This document shows positions 1 to 9,388 of a DNA stretch of 64,000 nt, piece by piece. How positions within the stretch are numbered: position 1 is the stretch's first letter; each line of letters starts with the position of its first letter. This DNA comes from Lentisphaerota bacterium (GTDB taxonomy: Bacteria; Verrucomicrobiota; Kiritimatiellia; JAAZAB01), in assembly GCA_016188985.1 (NCBI GenBank), contig JACPGM010000053.1, forward strand, positions 4,290 through 68,289, in the 5' to 3' direction. The notes under the pieces are model-generated. The model saw only the letters and a list, made by a program, of their open reading frames with translations, was not told the origin of the DNA and did not search any database. The translations under genes and the position numbers were made by a program.

Positions 1-1
1 G

Positions 2-592
2 GTGGTGGCGCTCAGTATCGCCTTGCTGTGCGCCTTCTGGCGGAATAGCTGGCTGGATCGCGGAATCGTAGTGATTGCCGTGGCGCTGATGAGCGTGAAT
101 TACCTGGTTTGGATAATTTTTGGCCAATACCTGCTGGGCTATCGCTGGGGCTTCTTCCCCTTGTGGGGGTTTGAGGCCTGGTCCTACCTGCTTCTGCCGG
201 TATTGATCGGTGTGGTTAGCGGCCTGGGTGCAACCGTCCGGTTTTATCGCACGGTGATGCTGGATGAAATGTATCGGGATTACGTGCGCACGGCTCTGGC
301 CAAGGGCGTCAGCCGCCCGGGCCTCCTGTTCCGGCATGTCCTCAAAAATGCCATGATCCCGATCCTGACCAATGTGGTTATCGCCATTCCCTTTCTTTAT
401 GCCGGCAGTCTGCTGCTGGAGGGCTTCTTCGGTATCCCCGGCCTGGGCAACATGGGCATCAATGCGCTCAATTATTCCGATATTGATGTGGTCCGCGCCA
501 TCGTGCTGATCGGTTCGGTCCTCTATGTCGCGGCCAACCTGATGACGGACCTGTGCTATGCGCTGGTTGACCCGCGCGTGCGCCTGGAATGA
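2..592 (+). CDS. ABC transporter permease, peptide-type (DppB/OppB-like), 5'-truncated by window edge
   Basis: ORF is open at the window start. The profile is multi-TM hydrophobic. The C-terminal tail 'NLMTDLCYALVDPRVRLE' is typical of peptide ABC permeases. The cognate second permease and two ATPases lie downstream. Confidence 0.85.
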   Translation: MVALSIALLCAFWRNSWLDRGIVVIAVALMSVNYLVWIIFGQYLLGYRWGFFPLWGFEAWSYLLLPVLIGVVSGLGATVRFYRTVMLDEMYRDYVRTALAKGVSRPGLLFRHVLKNAMIPILTNVVIAIPFLYAGSLLLEGFFGIPGLGNMGINALNYSDIDVVRAIVLIGSVLYVAANLMTDLCYALVDPRVRLE

Positions 593-650
593 ACTGTTGA
601 GGGCATGTTGCCAAAAAGGTTTTGTAAAAGAAAATTGCCGACTTTTTTCG

Positions 651-720
651 CGCTGGCGGGGCAGCGCTCCTACACGAATACTGCAACAACGGCATGTAGG
701 AGCGCCATCCCTATGGCGCG
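651..720. repeat. Stacked REP-like palindromes in the spacer between the two permease genes
   Basis: gcgctcctac (664-673) pairs with gtaggagcgc (696-705). An overlapping hairpin gcgccat/atggcgc follows at about 702-719. Confidence 0.5.
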
Positions 721-779
721 AATTATTTGGGCAACAAGCCCTTGATGTCCAACAATGCAAATTTTTTCGATAAACTCCC

Positions 780-1808
780 ATGAATCAGTCCAACGCTCAA
801 AGTAAGTCCGCCGGTCGTTCACTGTGGGCCGACGCCTGGCGCCAATTGCGCCGCAACCGGCTGGCCATGGCCTCGTTCTGGATTATTTTGCTCTACCTGG
901 CCATGGCGCTCTATGGCGAAGGCGTTTACTGGTATTTCCATTGGCAGGATACCACGCCGCCCTACCAGCAGACCAATTTGCAGGAAGAATACCTTAGGCC
1001 CAGCGTGTTCCGCCATCCGTTTGCGGCCGACCCTGGCGACGATAGCTCGCTCCTTACCGACCATCATGGCTCGCCGGCGGCGCCTGGTTTGGCCGCGCGG
1101 TTGCGGTCCGGCCTGCGCGTGCTGGCTCATCACCCGCTCGGCACCGACAACCTCGGTCGCGACGTCTTGCAGCGCACGGTCCAAGGCGCGCGGATTGCTT
1201 TCCAGGTGGGCATTATCACCTCGTGTATTGCCATTCCGATTGGCGTGTTCCTGGGGTGTTTGGCCGGTTATTTCGGGGGCAAGACCGACGATTTTATCGT
1301 CTGGTTGTATTCCACTTTCTCATCCATCCCGGGATTGCTCTTTATTTTTGCCATTGCCATGGTGGTTGGCAAGGGCCTGCTGGGGGTGTATCTGGGCATT
1401 GGCTTGACCACCTGGGTCAATCTCTGCCGGCTGATGCGCGGCGAGGTAATGAAGCATAAAACGCGTCCTTATGTCCAAGCCGCCCGCGCGCTCGGTTTGG
1501 GTCCCTTCCGCATCATGTTTCGGCACATCTTGCCCAATATATTTCACATCATCATCATAACTTTTTCCCTGCGGTTTCCCGCAGCCATCTCCACGGAGGT
1601 ATTCATGAGCTTTCTCGGCATTGGCGTGCAGGGCGAGCCTTCCTGGGGAATCATGATCAGTAACGCCCGCCTGCGCCTCTGGCAGGGCGTCTGGTGGGAA
1701 ATGACTTTTGTGACCGCGGCGATTTTTTTCGTTGTGCTGGCCTTTAACCTGCTGGGCGACGCCCTGCGCGATGCCCTGGATCCGCGCCTGCGCACTTCGG
1801 AACATTAA
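780..1808 (+). CDS. ABC transporter permease, peptide-type (DppC/OppC-like)
   Basis: Contains 'LGTDNLGRDVLQRTVQGARIAFQVG' and the C-terminal 'LGDALRDALDPRLR' signature. Has several TM segments. Confidence 0.9.
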   Translation: MNQSNAQSKSAGRSLWADAWRQLRRNRLAMASFWIILLYLAMALYGEGVYWYFHWQDTTPPYQQTNLQEEYLRPSVFRHPFAADPGDDSSLLTDHHGSPAAPGLAARLRSGLRVLAHHPLGTDNLGRDVLQRTVQGARIAFQVGIITSCIAIPIGVFLGCLAGYFGGKTDDFIVWLYSTFSSIPGLLFIFAIAMVVGKGLLGVYLGIGLTTWVNLCRLMRGEVMKHKTRPYVQAARALGLGPFRIMFRHILPNIFHIIIITFSLRFPAAISTEVFMSFLGIGVQGEPSWGIMISNARLRLWQGVWWEMTFVTAAIFFVVLAFNLLGDALRDALDPRLRTSEH

Positions 1809-1849
1809 AACCGTGAGCAATCGTGACTACTCAGCTCGTCAAGAAATGG

Positions 1850-1963
1850 AACTACGAAAAACGCGAAAGACACGAAAATGGGAATTGTAATTGCAATCAA
1901 ATTTCGCGTATTTCGCGCATTTCGTAGTTTCCACCTGAGGCGGATCCGCCAAGGGCGGAAATT
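1850..1963 (+). mobile_element. MITE-like repeat, family A (arms AACTACGAAA...TTTCGTAGTT), copy 1, with an abutting GGATCC palindromic unit
   Basis: aactacgaaaaacgcgaaag...tttcgcgtatttcgcgcatttcgtagtt forms a long inverted repeat. Homologous copies lie at 9234-9346 (inverted) and 53540-53643. Possible outer TIRs gtgactactcagc (about 1823) and gctgaatagttacg (about 1978). Confidence 0.7.
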
Positions 1964-2017
1964 GTTCTCTCCGATAGCTGAATAGTTACGAGCAATTATT
2001 ATTTGTGTTGAGCCAGG

Positions 2018-2659
2018 ATGAACACTATTCGCGCAGTTTTATTTGATTTTGACGGCACGCTGACCTTGCCGGGCAGCATTGATTTCATGGGCATCAAGCG
2101 CTCCATCCGCTGCCCGCGCGACGTGACGATCCTGGAGTTCATTGGGCGCTTGCAACCCGCCTCGGCCCGGCGCCGGGCTTGGGCCATCCTCCACCGGTTT
2201 GAAGATGAGGCCGCCCGGCGCAGTCGGCCGAACGAAGGCGCCGAGGACTTGGTCCGCTGCCTGAAACGGCGGCGCATTCGTCGCGGCATTCTCACGCGCA
2301 ACCGGCGCGTTTCGGTCGCTACAGCGCTTAAAAACTTTGCCCAGGTGCGCCTGGCTGATTTTACCGTGATTATTACCCGCGACCATGTTGAGCGGCCTAA
2401 ACCCGATCCCGAAGGAGTATTGCTGGCGGCGCGCCGCCTGAAAGTCAAGCCCAGTGAGTTGCTGGTCGTGGGGGACTACATCTATGACATCGAAGCGGGC
2501 AAAAGCGCCGGCGCGCGCACGGTTTTCCTGGAGAGCGAGTTCACTACCCGGCGGCCCGCTCCGCCCGCCGATTTTTCGATCCGGTCACTGAACGAAGTCG
2601 CCGGCCTTATTGACCGATTGAACCGTAGCCGCGGAAAGGCCCATAATGCTTCCGGATAG
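2018..2659 (+). CDS. HAD-superfamily hydrolase (phosphatase-like)
   Basis: Motif I 'VLFDFDGTLT' and the distal motif 'VVGDYIYDIEAGKSAG'. It sits between the permease and ATPase genes of the ABC system. Confidence 0.85.
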   Translation: MNTIRAVLFDFDGTLTLPGSIDFMGIKRSIRCPRDVTILEFIGRLQPASARRRAWAILHRFEDEAARRSRPNEGAEDLVRCLKRRRIRRGILTRNRRVSVATALKNFAQVRLADFTVIITRDHVERPKPDPEGVLLAARRLKVKPSELLVVGDYIYDIEAGKSAGARTVFLESEFTTRRPAPPADFSIRSLNEVAGLIDRLNRSRGKAHNASG

Positions 2660-2698
2660 AAGTTGTGTTTTTTGTGCTTCTTTGTGGCAAGATTTTTT

Positions 2699-3664
2699 AT
2701 GAATACTTCTGAAGTCCTTCTGGCCGTGGATAACTTAAGCGTCTTTTTCCGGACGCGGTCTGAGCCGATTCGGGCAGTGAATGGCGCATCGTTCAACATT
2801 GCATCGGGCGAGACCGTTGCGCTGGTCGGCGAGAGCGGCTGCGGCAAGAGCGTGACTGCCCTGGCGCTGACGCGCCTGGTGGCCGAGCCCGGCTACGTGG
2901 CCGGCGGCCGGATCCGGTTTGGCGGGCGCGACGTGCTGGCCATGGAACAGCGGCAGTTGCGCGATCTGCGCGGCGCGGAAATCGCTTATATCTTCCAGGA
3001 ACCGGCCGCCGCGCTTAATCCCGTATTCCGGGTTGGCTGGCAGATAGCGGAGTCTTTGCGTCTCCATCGCCGCGACATTGCGGTTCGCCAGGAAGTAATC
3101 CATCTGCTGAACCGGGTGGGCTTGAGCGATCCCGAGCATCGGCGCCGGGCCTATCCCCACGAGCTTAGTGGCGGCATGCAACAGCGCGTAATGATTGCCA
3201 TGGCCCTGGCTTGCCGGCCGCGCCTGCTGGTGGCCGATGAGCCTACTACCGCCCTGGATGTCACCATCCAGGCGCAAATTCTCGATCTGCTGACGCGCCT
3301 GCAGGGCGAACTGGGCATGGCGATCTTGCTGATTACCCACAATCTGGCGCTGGTGGCCGGCATTGCCCGGCGGGTCAACGTCATGTATGCCGGCCGGGTC
3401 GTGGAGTGGGGCTTGGCCGAAGACATTCTGCTGCAGCCGGCGCATCCTTATACCCGCGGACTTATGGCCGCCGTGCCGCGCTTAAGCGGGGGGACAACCC
3501 GCATGGCCGGAATTCCGGGCGCCGTGCCCAACCCCGCCCGGCTACCTTCGGGATGTCCCTTCCATCCGCGTTGCCCGAAAGCCCAGGCCCGTTGCTCCGT
3601 TGAAGATCCGTGTGATGAAAACATAACCGCGGAACATGGTGTCCGATGCCACTTCTGGAAATAG
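2699..3664 (+). CDS. Peptide ABC transporter ATP-binding protein (DppD/OppD-like)
   Basis: Walker A 'GESGCGKS', signature 'LSGGMQQRV', Walker B '[12 protein letters not shown]', and the C-terminal 'CPFHPRCP' Cys motif. ATG 2699 is preferred over the TTG at 2663. Confidence 0.9.
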   Translation: MNTSEVLLAVDNLSVFFRTRSEPIRAVNGASFNIASGETVALVGESGCGKSVTALALTRLVAEPGYVAGGRIRFGGRDVLAMEQRQLRDLRGAEIAYIFQEPAAALNPVFRVGWQIAESLRLHRRDIAVRQEVIHLLNRVGLSDPEHRRRAYPHELSGGMQQRVMIAMALACRPRLLVADEPTTALDVTIQAQILDLLTRLQGELGMAILLITHNLALVAGIARRVNVMYAGRVVEWGLAEDILLQPAHPYTRGLMAAVPRLSGGTTRMAGIPGAVPNPARLPSGCPFHPRCPKAQARCSVEDPCDENITAEHGVRCHFWK

Positions 3665-4632
3665 CCGATTTACAGGTCTCCTTCAAATCAGGCCGCCGCC
3701 AGGAAGTGCGCGCGGTTGACGGTGTCTCGCTGGCGGTGGCCTCGGGCGAAAGCGTCGGCCTGGTGGGCGAGAGCGGCTGCGGCAAGAGCACGCTGGGCAA
3801 CACCATCTTGCGCCTGGTGCCGGCCTGCTCCGGCCAAATCCGGTTCGAAAACCAGGATGTCCTGGCGCTTGGCTGCGGCGATCTGTTCCGCTACCGCCGC
3901 CGCGCCCAGATGATTTTTCAAGACCCCTACGGCTCGCTCAACCCGCGCCTGACAATCGGCGCAGCAATTGAAGAATGCCTGGCGGTGCACCGGCTGGGCA
4001 ACCGGCTGGAACGCCGCGAGCGGGTGCGCCACCTGCTGGAGACCGTTGGACTCGAATCGGATTACGCCGCGCGATATCCCCACGAGTTCAGTGGCGGGCA
4101 ACGCCAGCGCGTGGGCATTGCCCGGGCCCTGGCGCTTGATCCAGTCTTCATCGTAGCCGATGAGCCGGTCTCGGCGCTGGATGTTTCGGTGCAAGCGCAA
4201 ATCCTGAACTTGCTTAAAGATCTCCAGCTCTCGCGCAACCTGGCCTATCTCTTCATTGCTCATGACCTTTCCGTGGTGCGCTATATGTGCAGCCGGGTGC
4301 TGGTCATGTATTTCGGCCGGATCGTCGAGGCGGCGGATGCCGCCGAGCTTTTTGCGCATCCGGCGCATCCTTATACCCGGACGCTGCTGGCCGCCGTGCC
4401 GGATATTGAGAGAGGATTGCGCGCCGCGCGCGCGCGCTCAGCGGTCGCGCAAGGCGAAGTACCCAGCGTCAGCACTGCGGTAGAAGGTTGTTCCTTCCAT
4501 CCCCGTTGCCCCTATGCCGAGGAGATCTGCCGAGAGCAGACGCCGAAAGACCACGAGGTCAGCCCGGGCCATACCAGCCGTTGCCATTTCGCCGGGACAA
4601 TAAGATTGCATCGGGGCATGATATCTCAGTAA
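3646..4632 (+). CDS. Peptide ABC transporter ATP-binding protein (DppF/OppF-like)
   Basis: 'GESGCGKST', 'FSGGQRQRV', 'FIVADEPVSALD' and 'CSFHPRCPYA'. It overlaps the upstream ATPase gene by 19 nt, which suggests translational coupling. Confidence 0.9.
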   Translation: MPLLEIADLQVSFKSGRRQEVRAVDGVSLAVASGESVGLVGESGCGKSTLGNTILRLVPACSGQIRFENQDVLALGCGDLFRYRRRAQMIFQDPYGSLNPRLTIGAAIEECLAVHRLGNRLERRERVRHLLETVGLESDYAARYPHEFSGGQRQRVGIARALALDPVFIVADEPVSALDVSVQAQILNLLKDLQLSRNLAYLFIAHDLSVVRYMCSRVLVMYFGRIVEAADAAELFAHPAHPYTRTLLAAVPDIERGLRAARARSAVAQGEVPSVSTAVEGCSFHPRCPYAEEICREQTPKDHEVSPGHTSRCHFAGTIRLHRGMISQ

Positions 4633-4717
4633 CAACGCTTAAAAGCAAGAAGTTGCTGCTTACCACAGAGACACAGAGATGGCATTGAATAAGAATGCGT
4701 ATTAAGGATCTGTTCGC

Positions 4718-6052
4718 ATGACGAATTCCGACAAGTATGTGCCGAGGCCGGGATGGCACGGTTGGGCGGCGCGGGTCCGGTGCTTTCCGCTCCTGCTGGC
4801 TGCGCCGTTTCTCTGCGGGTTCGCCGGACCGAGCCAAGCCCTGCACGGCGCGGATGTCGCGTTATACAACGACTCGACCGCGCCATATTACAATGGCGCA
4901 TGGCAGGACGGTTTGACGGCCATCCGCAACATGCTGGCGACCATCGGGCTATCTTATGAGGAAATTAATTACTGGGACCTGGACACGTCCTTCCAGGATT
5001 TTTCCAGCCTGTACAAGATCATCTTGATGCCCGGCGGATACGCTCCTTATTACAATTACTGGATCAACCGGACCGGCAAGGACCGCATCCGTGCGTTTGT
5101 CCAATCCGGTGGCGCGTACTTCGGGATCTGCGCCGGAGCCTATTTCGCGTGCGATACCGTGACCTGGGGCGACACGGTGTATGACGACGATGCCGGTTAT
5201 GACCTGGACCTATTCCCGGGTTCCGCCATGGGCGACATAGGCAGCATCGCCGACTACTACGCCGGCAACTGGACCATGACGACGTTAAACTTCACCGCGG
5301 CCAACAGTATTCTCCGCCGGTATAAGACGGTCCCGTACACCGAAGATCTTATTTTTCTCGGTGGGCCCAGTTTCGTTGGTTACGAGCAATACCCTGTCAC
5401 GGTTCTCGCATCGTTCGCCAGCCACGGTCGGCCAGGGATCGTCGCGTTCCCATACGGGTCCGGCCGGGTGATTCTGTCGGGGCCACACCCGGAAATCGAG
5501 GAGGACTCCGCCCGTGACGGTGTTACCCTGTCTGGGGAAGACCAACTTGACGACCGGGGTTCGGATTGGGACTTCACGCTGCACCTGGTTGTCTGGTTGG
5601 CCTACCCCCAGTCCAACCCGATCATGGATATTCCGATGGGGCAGACCACCTTCGCTTATACCCCCGTGGTTACCCCGTCCCGTAGCGCCATTCCAGCGGA
5701 TGCCCGGCCGGTCGGTCTGGGTCCGGTCGCCACCAACGGCAACGAACTGGCCATCTCCATCTCGCTCTACCAGTTCATGACGCCGGTAGACATGTATTTC
5801 GGTTATTCCGCCGCGGATGATCCGGCGACCATTCACATTCTACGGCCGGACGGCGCATTGCAACCCATGGCCGAAGGTCTGATCCCGTTTCAGGCAAGCG
5901 TTCTGGACCCGGTGGCGGTTTCGTTCGGCGGAGGAATTCCGATTGCGGCCATCCGGCCTGGCACATACACCCTGTATTTCGCGGCCGCCCCAGCGGGCCG
6001 GACCGATGCCTACTACCTCTGGACCACAACGCTAACAATCCCGGGTTCGTAA
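4718..6052 (+). CDS. Secreted protein with a class-I glutamine-amidotransferase-like / BPL_N-like domain
   Basis: N-terminal signal-like segment 'FPLLLAAPFLCGFAGPSQA'. 'IILMPGGYAPYY...GGAYFGICAGAYFA' resembles the GATase1-like nucleophile-elbow region of BPL_N domains. The C-terminal ~150 aa is unassigned. Confidence 0.6.
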   Translation: MTNSDKYVPRPGWHGWAARVRCFPLLLAAPFLCGFAGPSQALHGADVALYNDSTAPYYNGAWQDGLTAIRNMLATIGLSYEEINYWDLDTSFQDFSSLYKIILMPGGYAPYYNYWINRTGKDRIRAFVQSGGAYFGICAGAYFACDTVTWGDTVYDDDAGYDLDLFPGSAMGDIGSIADYYAGNWTMTTLNFTAANSILRRYKTVPYTEDLIFLGGPSFVGYEQYPVTVLASFASHGRPGIVAFPYGSGRVILSGPHPEIEEDSARDGVTLSGEDQLDDRGSDWDFTLHLVVWLAYPQSNPIMDIPMGQTTFAYTPVVTPSRSAIPADARPVGLGPVATNGNELAISISLYQFMTPVDMYFGYSAADDPATIHILRPDGALQPMAEGLIPFQASVLDPVAVSFGGGIPIAAIRPGTYTLYFAAAPAGRTDAYYLWTTTLTIPGS

Positions 6053-6291
6053 CTTCGGTCCGGGTCTCGGAATAAGGGGAATCAGGGACGCATCCGAATC
6101 GCGCGAAGCAGGGTTTGCGGCCGGGTTTCTTTTGAATCGCCCTTACAAAAACATCACAAAAAAACATCAAAAAAAGTGTAATCTCACTGACGCAGGTGGG
6201 TATCTGTTGTAGGCCCGCATAGCATGCGGGCAATCGCGCCACATTGTGGCGCGCTACAGTTGTCACCACCCATTGACTATAAGGGGCTACG

Positions 6292-7206
6292 TCAAAAATT
6301 CAAGGTCAGGCCGTCGTAGGCCAGAGTGATCCCCTGTTTTGCCAACCGCTCCGCGGCCACCTCGTGTTCCGGAACCATTGTGCTCGTACTCAGGTGGGAA
6401 TAAACCAGGATCGTCTCCGGTTTGATCATGTTGGCGCCGCGATACTCCGCCAGATCCTCCGCCAACATGGCGTAATTATGGTGCCCGGTGCCGGTCGGGT
6501 CCACCGCCAAGTCGCAATAGCTGGCGTCCAGGATCATGATGTCGAACCGATAGCGCGCCATAAACTCCAGCGTTTTCGGCAGCGTGTAGCTGCAATCGAG
6601 CCCGTAGAACAGCGTCTTCCCGTCGCGTTCGATAATGTAGTTCAGGGCCTGCTGTTCCAGGATCGTATATTCCTTGTCCATCTGCCGATTGATAAAGTGA
6701 GCGGCCAGGACGGGGGTCACCCGCAGGGAGCTCAGGCGGAACGGTTTTTCCAGCACAACGGTTTTGACGCGCAAGTTGGTCACGGGCCGGGAGTTCAGGA
6801 TATGGCGTTTGCGGGTGTTGTCCCAGCGATAGGTCTGGGCAAAGGCGATGGCATCCCGAATCATGGTGTTGCCGTAAACACGCAGCGGGTGATCCAACGC
6901 CGCGGCAAAGGGAAATATGGCGGCGGGAAAGAAATGGTCGTAGTGCCCGTGCGTGATCAGCAGATGGCGCACGGCCCGTTCTGGAATACCGTACTCCTGG
7001 AGTCGCGCGCGCGCGCCCTCGCCAAAATCCACGATGATGTCGGGCGCAATGAAAAGCGAGGCGGAGGAACGAATGTTTTTCCCGCCCAGGCGCAGCGCCT
7101 CCATGTATTTCGGATCGTCTTTATAGGCGGCCTCGTTAACGCTGCCCGGCGCATGGTAGTCGCCCCCGCCCGTGCCAAGGAACTGAATGTATTTTCCTTG
7201 TTTCAT
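6292..7206 (-). CDS. MBL-fold metallo-hydrolase
   Basis: 'LLITHGHYDHF' (HxHxDH motif). ORF of 304 aa. Its start abuts the stop of the upstream 7210-8895 gene. Confidence 0.8.
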   Translation of the reverse strand: MKQGKYIQFLGTGGGDYHAPGSVNEAAYKDDPKYMEALRLGGKNIRSSASLFIAPDIIVDFGEGARARLQEYGIPERAVRHLLITHGHYDHFFPAAIFPFAAALDHPLRVYGNTMIRDAIAFAQTYRWDNTRKRHILNSRPVTNLRVKTVVLEKPFRLSSLRVTPVLAAHFINRQMDKEYTILEQQALNYIIERDGKTLFYGLDCSYTLPKTLEFMARYRFDIMILDASYCDLAVDPTGTGHHNYAMLAEDLAEYRGANMIKPETILVYSHLSTSTMVPEHEVAAERLAKQGITLAYDGLTLNF

Positions 7207-7209
7207 GGA

Positions 7210-8895
7210 TTAGACCACCTCATAGTAATGATAGCGATCGCAGCGAAAGCCTTCCAGCGTCGTCAGTTTGACCCGCCGGCCACCAGGGGCCGGCGTGGGC
7301 GGTTTGATCTCCACCCGGTCTGCATACCCCACGTCAACCTTGGCAAAGTTGCTCCCATCGCCGTCTGGCGTGGAATCCCACGCGGCATACATGTCTGCTC
7401 CCCGGTCCAGGTAAGAATACACATAGTCCCGCCAGGCCTTGTAGTCGGAGGAAAACAGGTCCCACGGATACAGCAGCGGAATGAGCCGGATGTTTTTGCG
7501 GCCCTCCAGGCGATTGAAGTAATCGAAATCCAGGCTTTTGGGATCGTCCCGATGCACGTCGTTTTCACTGAAAACCTGGCCCGTCGGCAGGAGATCGTCA
7601 ATGATCCCCGCTTGCACCCACGTCGCAACGTCCAATCCCCACCGTCGGCAATCGAGTTCGTTGCCGGGAACGATGACCGATAGGCGCTGTCCCCGGTTCA
7701 AACAGGCCTTCGCTTTTTTGATGAACGGTGTCAGCACCGATGCCTGAAACGCCATCCAGCGCGCATCCGTTTCCGGCAGATCGCGCGGGTCAAGGCTGTA
7801 GCGCTTTTTGAATCCTGCCACCATGATCTTTTCATAGAGCACCAGCGGCACGCCGCGGATGAAACACAGACAGACGCCGTCCGGCTTGTAGCCGGCGATC
7901 TCCTTGATCAGCGCGAGCATATGCGCCTGGACTTCGGGGTAGGCGTAACTCAGACGCATCACCCGCTGGCCACGGCTGTCAAAACAATGAAATTCCGGAT
8001 GACGATGGAAGAAATTGGAATGCAGGCTTGTCTTGTCGAAGGGAAACGGCGCGTCAAAGGCCTCCATCCGCAGGTACGTCTGAAATTCCCACTTCCGCCG
8101 GCGCGTATAGTCCCGCATGAGTTTGAGGCTGTCCCACCCGTTCTTGCGCCAGAGCGCCATATTCCCATAAAGGGTCCGGTAGTTGGCCGCCAGGAACCGG
8201 CCCTGGGTCGGGTAGAAGTTTCCCACGCTGGTCGGATAGTTACACATGTCGCCGGTGCCGAGTCCCCAAAGCAACATGCGCATGCAGGTATGCTCGGGAA
8301 TCATTTCAAACGGCTCCAGCAAATCCTCCGGGCGGCAATGCGGACGTTCGCCGAAGATGCCGTGACCGTCGTTGGTCACCACCAGGGGGTGGCGGACTTT
8401 TCGCGGCTTGACCGGTTTGGGCGAACGAATCGGCTCCAACCGCAGAAACGCCAGCGCACACCCCCGCAGCGCACCAGCACTGAACGAGGGCTCCACAATC
8501 AGCGTTTGCCCCGTCAACTCCGCGTCGCGCCACCATGTTTCGTGGAGCGCCACGGATTCGGTGTACAGGTCCGATCGCGCGCCTGCGGGCGACGAGACGG
8601 GACGCGAACAGAGATCCCCGCTCAACCTTAAGCGCAGTGAATCCCCGTGACAGAAACTGAACAGCGCCACCCAGACCCGATACCAGCCCTTGACATTGAG
8701 CCTGACCGCGATGGGCGCCGGCTTGGGGCCTGTGCCGCAACCAAGCATGACGCCGGCGAAGCCCTCCGTCGTATAGGGAACCGCTCGCCAAAGATTCGGG
8801 TCATCCGGGTTGACCAAACGCTTGTTGGCCATTTTGGCGACATCGCTGATCAGGATGTTGCCACGACTGCGGCGCGGCCGTGAAATGGTTCTCAT
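7210..8895 (-). CDS. Hypothetical protein, possibly a TIM-barrel glycoside-hydrolase-like protein
   Basis: 561-aa ORF with non-random composition, tightly linked to the MBL gene. I recognise no firm motif. The start could instead be the internal Met at 8832. Confidence 0.6.
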   Translation of the reverse strand: MRTISRPRRSRGNILISDVAKMANKRLVNPDDPNLWRAVPYTTEGFAGVMLGCGTGPKPAPIAVRLNVKGWYRVWVALFSFCHGDSLRLRLSGDLCSRPVSSPAGARSDLYTESVALHETWWRDAELTGQTLIVEPSFSAGALRGCALAFLRLEPIRSPKPVKPRKVRHPLVVTNDGHGIFGERPHCRPEDLLEPFEMIPEHTCMRMLLWGLGTGDMCNYPTSVGNFYPTQGRFLAANYRTLYGNMALWRKNGWDSLKLMRDYTRRRKWEFQTYLRMEAFDAPFPFDKTSLHSNFFHRHPEFHCFDSRGQRVMRLSYAYPEVQAHMLALIKEIAGYKPDGVCLCFIRGVPLVLYEKIMVAGFKKRYSLDPRDLPETDARWMAFQASVLTPFIKKAKACLNRGQRLSVIVPGNELDCRRWGLDVATWVQAGIIDDLLPTGQVFSENDVHRDDPKSLDFDYFNRLEGRKNIRLIPLLYPWDLFSSDYKAWRDYVYSYLDRGADMYAAWDSTPDGDGSNFAKVDVGYADRVEIKPPTPAPGGRRVKLTTLEGFRCDRYHYYEVV

Positions 8896-8978
8896 GTTCG
8901 TTCTTTTATTGTGTGGTGTGTTCCTTAGTTGATTATTCGCGGCCGGCCGGCTGCCGTCAAGCGATCACGGGCGGCAGC

Positions 8979-9188
8979 TTAGGGCCGCTGACCTTGCTCA
9001 GTGGCGCGCGCGGAGAGCGGTTCCGATTTTTCATGGCTCAGGTGCCAGAAGCGCGCGAGCAGTCCCAGCAGCAGCAAGCCGAAAACTACGGCGAGAGCCA
9101 GCCGCTCGTTGGGTGTCAGGTAAAACCAGGCCCGCGGCAGACCGCGCCACCGGCCATTTCCTTTTTCGGATGATTCAGAGGTAGGCAT
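8979..9188 (-). CDS. Small single-TM protein (hypothetical)
   Basis: 69-aa ORF with a clear TM helix 'LALAVVFGLLLLGLLARFW'. There is no other support. Confidence 0.3.
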   Translation of the reverse strand: MPTSESSEKGNGRWRGLPRAWFYLTPNERLALAVVFGLLLLGLLARFWHLSHEKSEPLSARATEQGQRP

Positions 9189-9233
9189 GGATAGGAATAA
9201 GGAATTGTATCTACTCTACCCGTGAAAATTATT

Positions 9234-9346
9234 AACTACGAAATGCGCAAAATACGCGAAACTTTCAATATAATTTCATTTACCATTTTCGCGCCTTTTC
9301 CGCCTGAGGCGGATCTGCCTTAGGCATGACGCGTTTTTCGTAGTTT
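9234..9346 (-). mobile_element. MITE-like repeat, family A, copy 2 (inverted), carrying a nested GGATC palindromic unit
   Basis: The reverse complement matches copy 1 arm for arm. It differs by a ~32-nt insertion, ttccgcctgaggcggatctgccttaggcatga (9298-9329). Confidence 0.7.
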
Positions 9347-9388
9347 CATTTCTTGACGACCTGGGCAGTTGCGGCCTTGCCGACTAAT

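Noticed and set aside
2663-2698. Upstream alternative starts that lengthen several ORFs (e.g. TTG 2663, 24484, 25094, 38138, 41867, 43580, 45511, 54820, 55429)
   Set aside because: The extensions run through repeats or upstream genes and add non-conserved, low-complexity N-termini. Internal ATGs give canonical family N-termini, often with a visible RBS.
6364-7683. 439-aa ORF on the plus strand
   Set aside because: It lies entirely antisense to the well-supported MBL-fold and 561-aa genes. The composition is Arg/Gly/Val/Ala-rich and low-complexity, typical of shadow ORFs in GC-rich DNA, with no motif.
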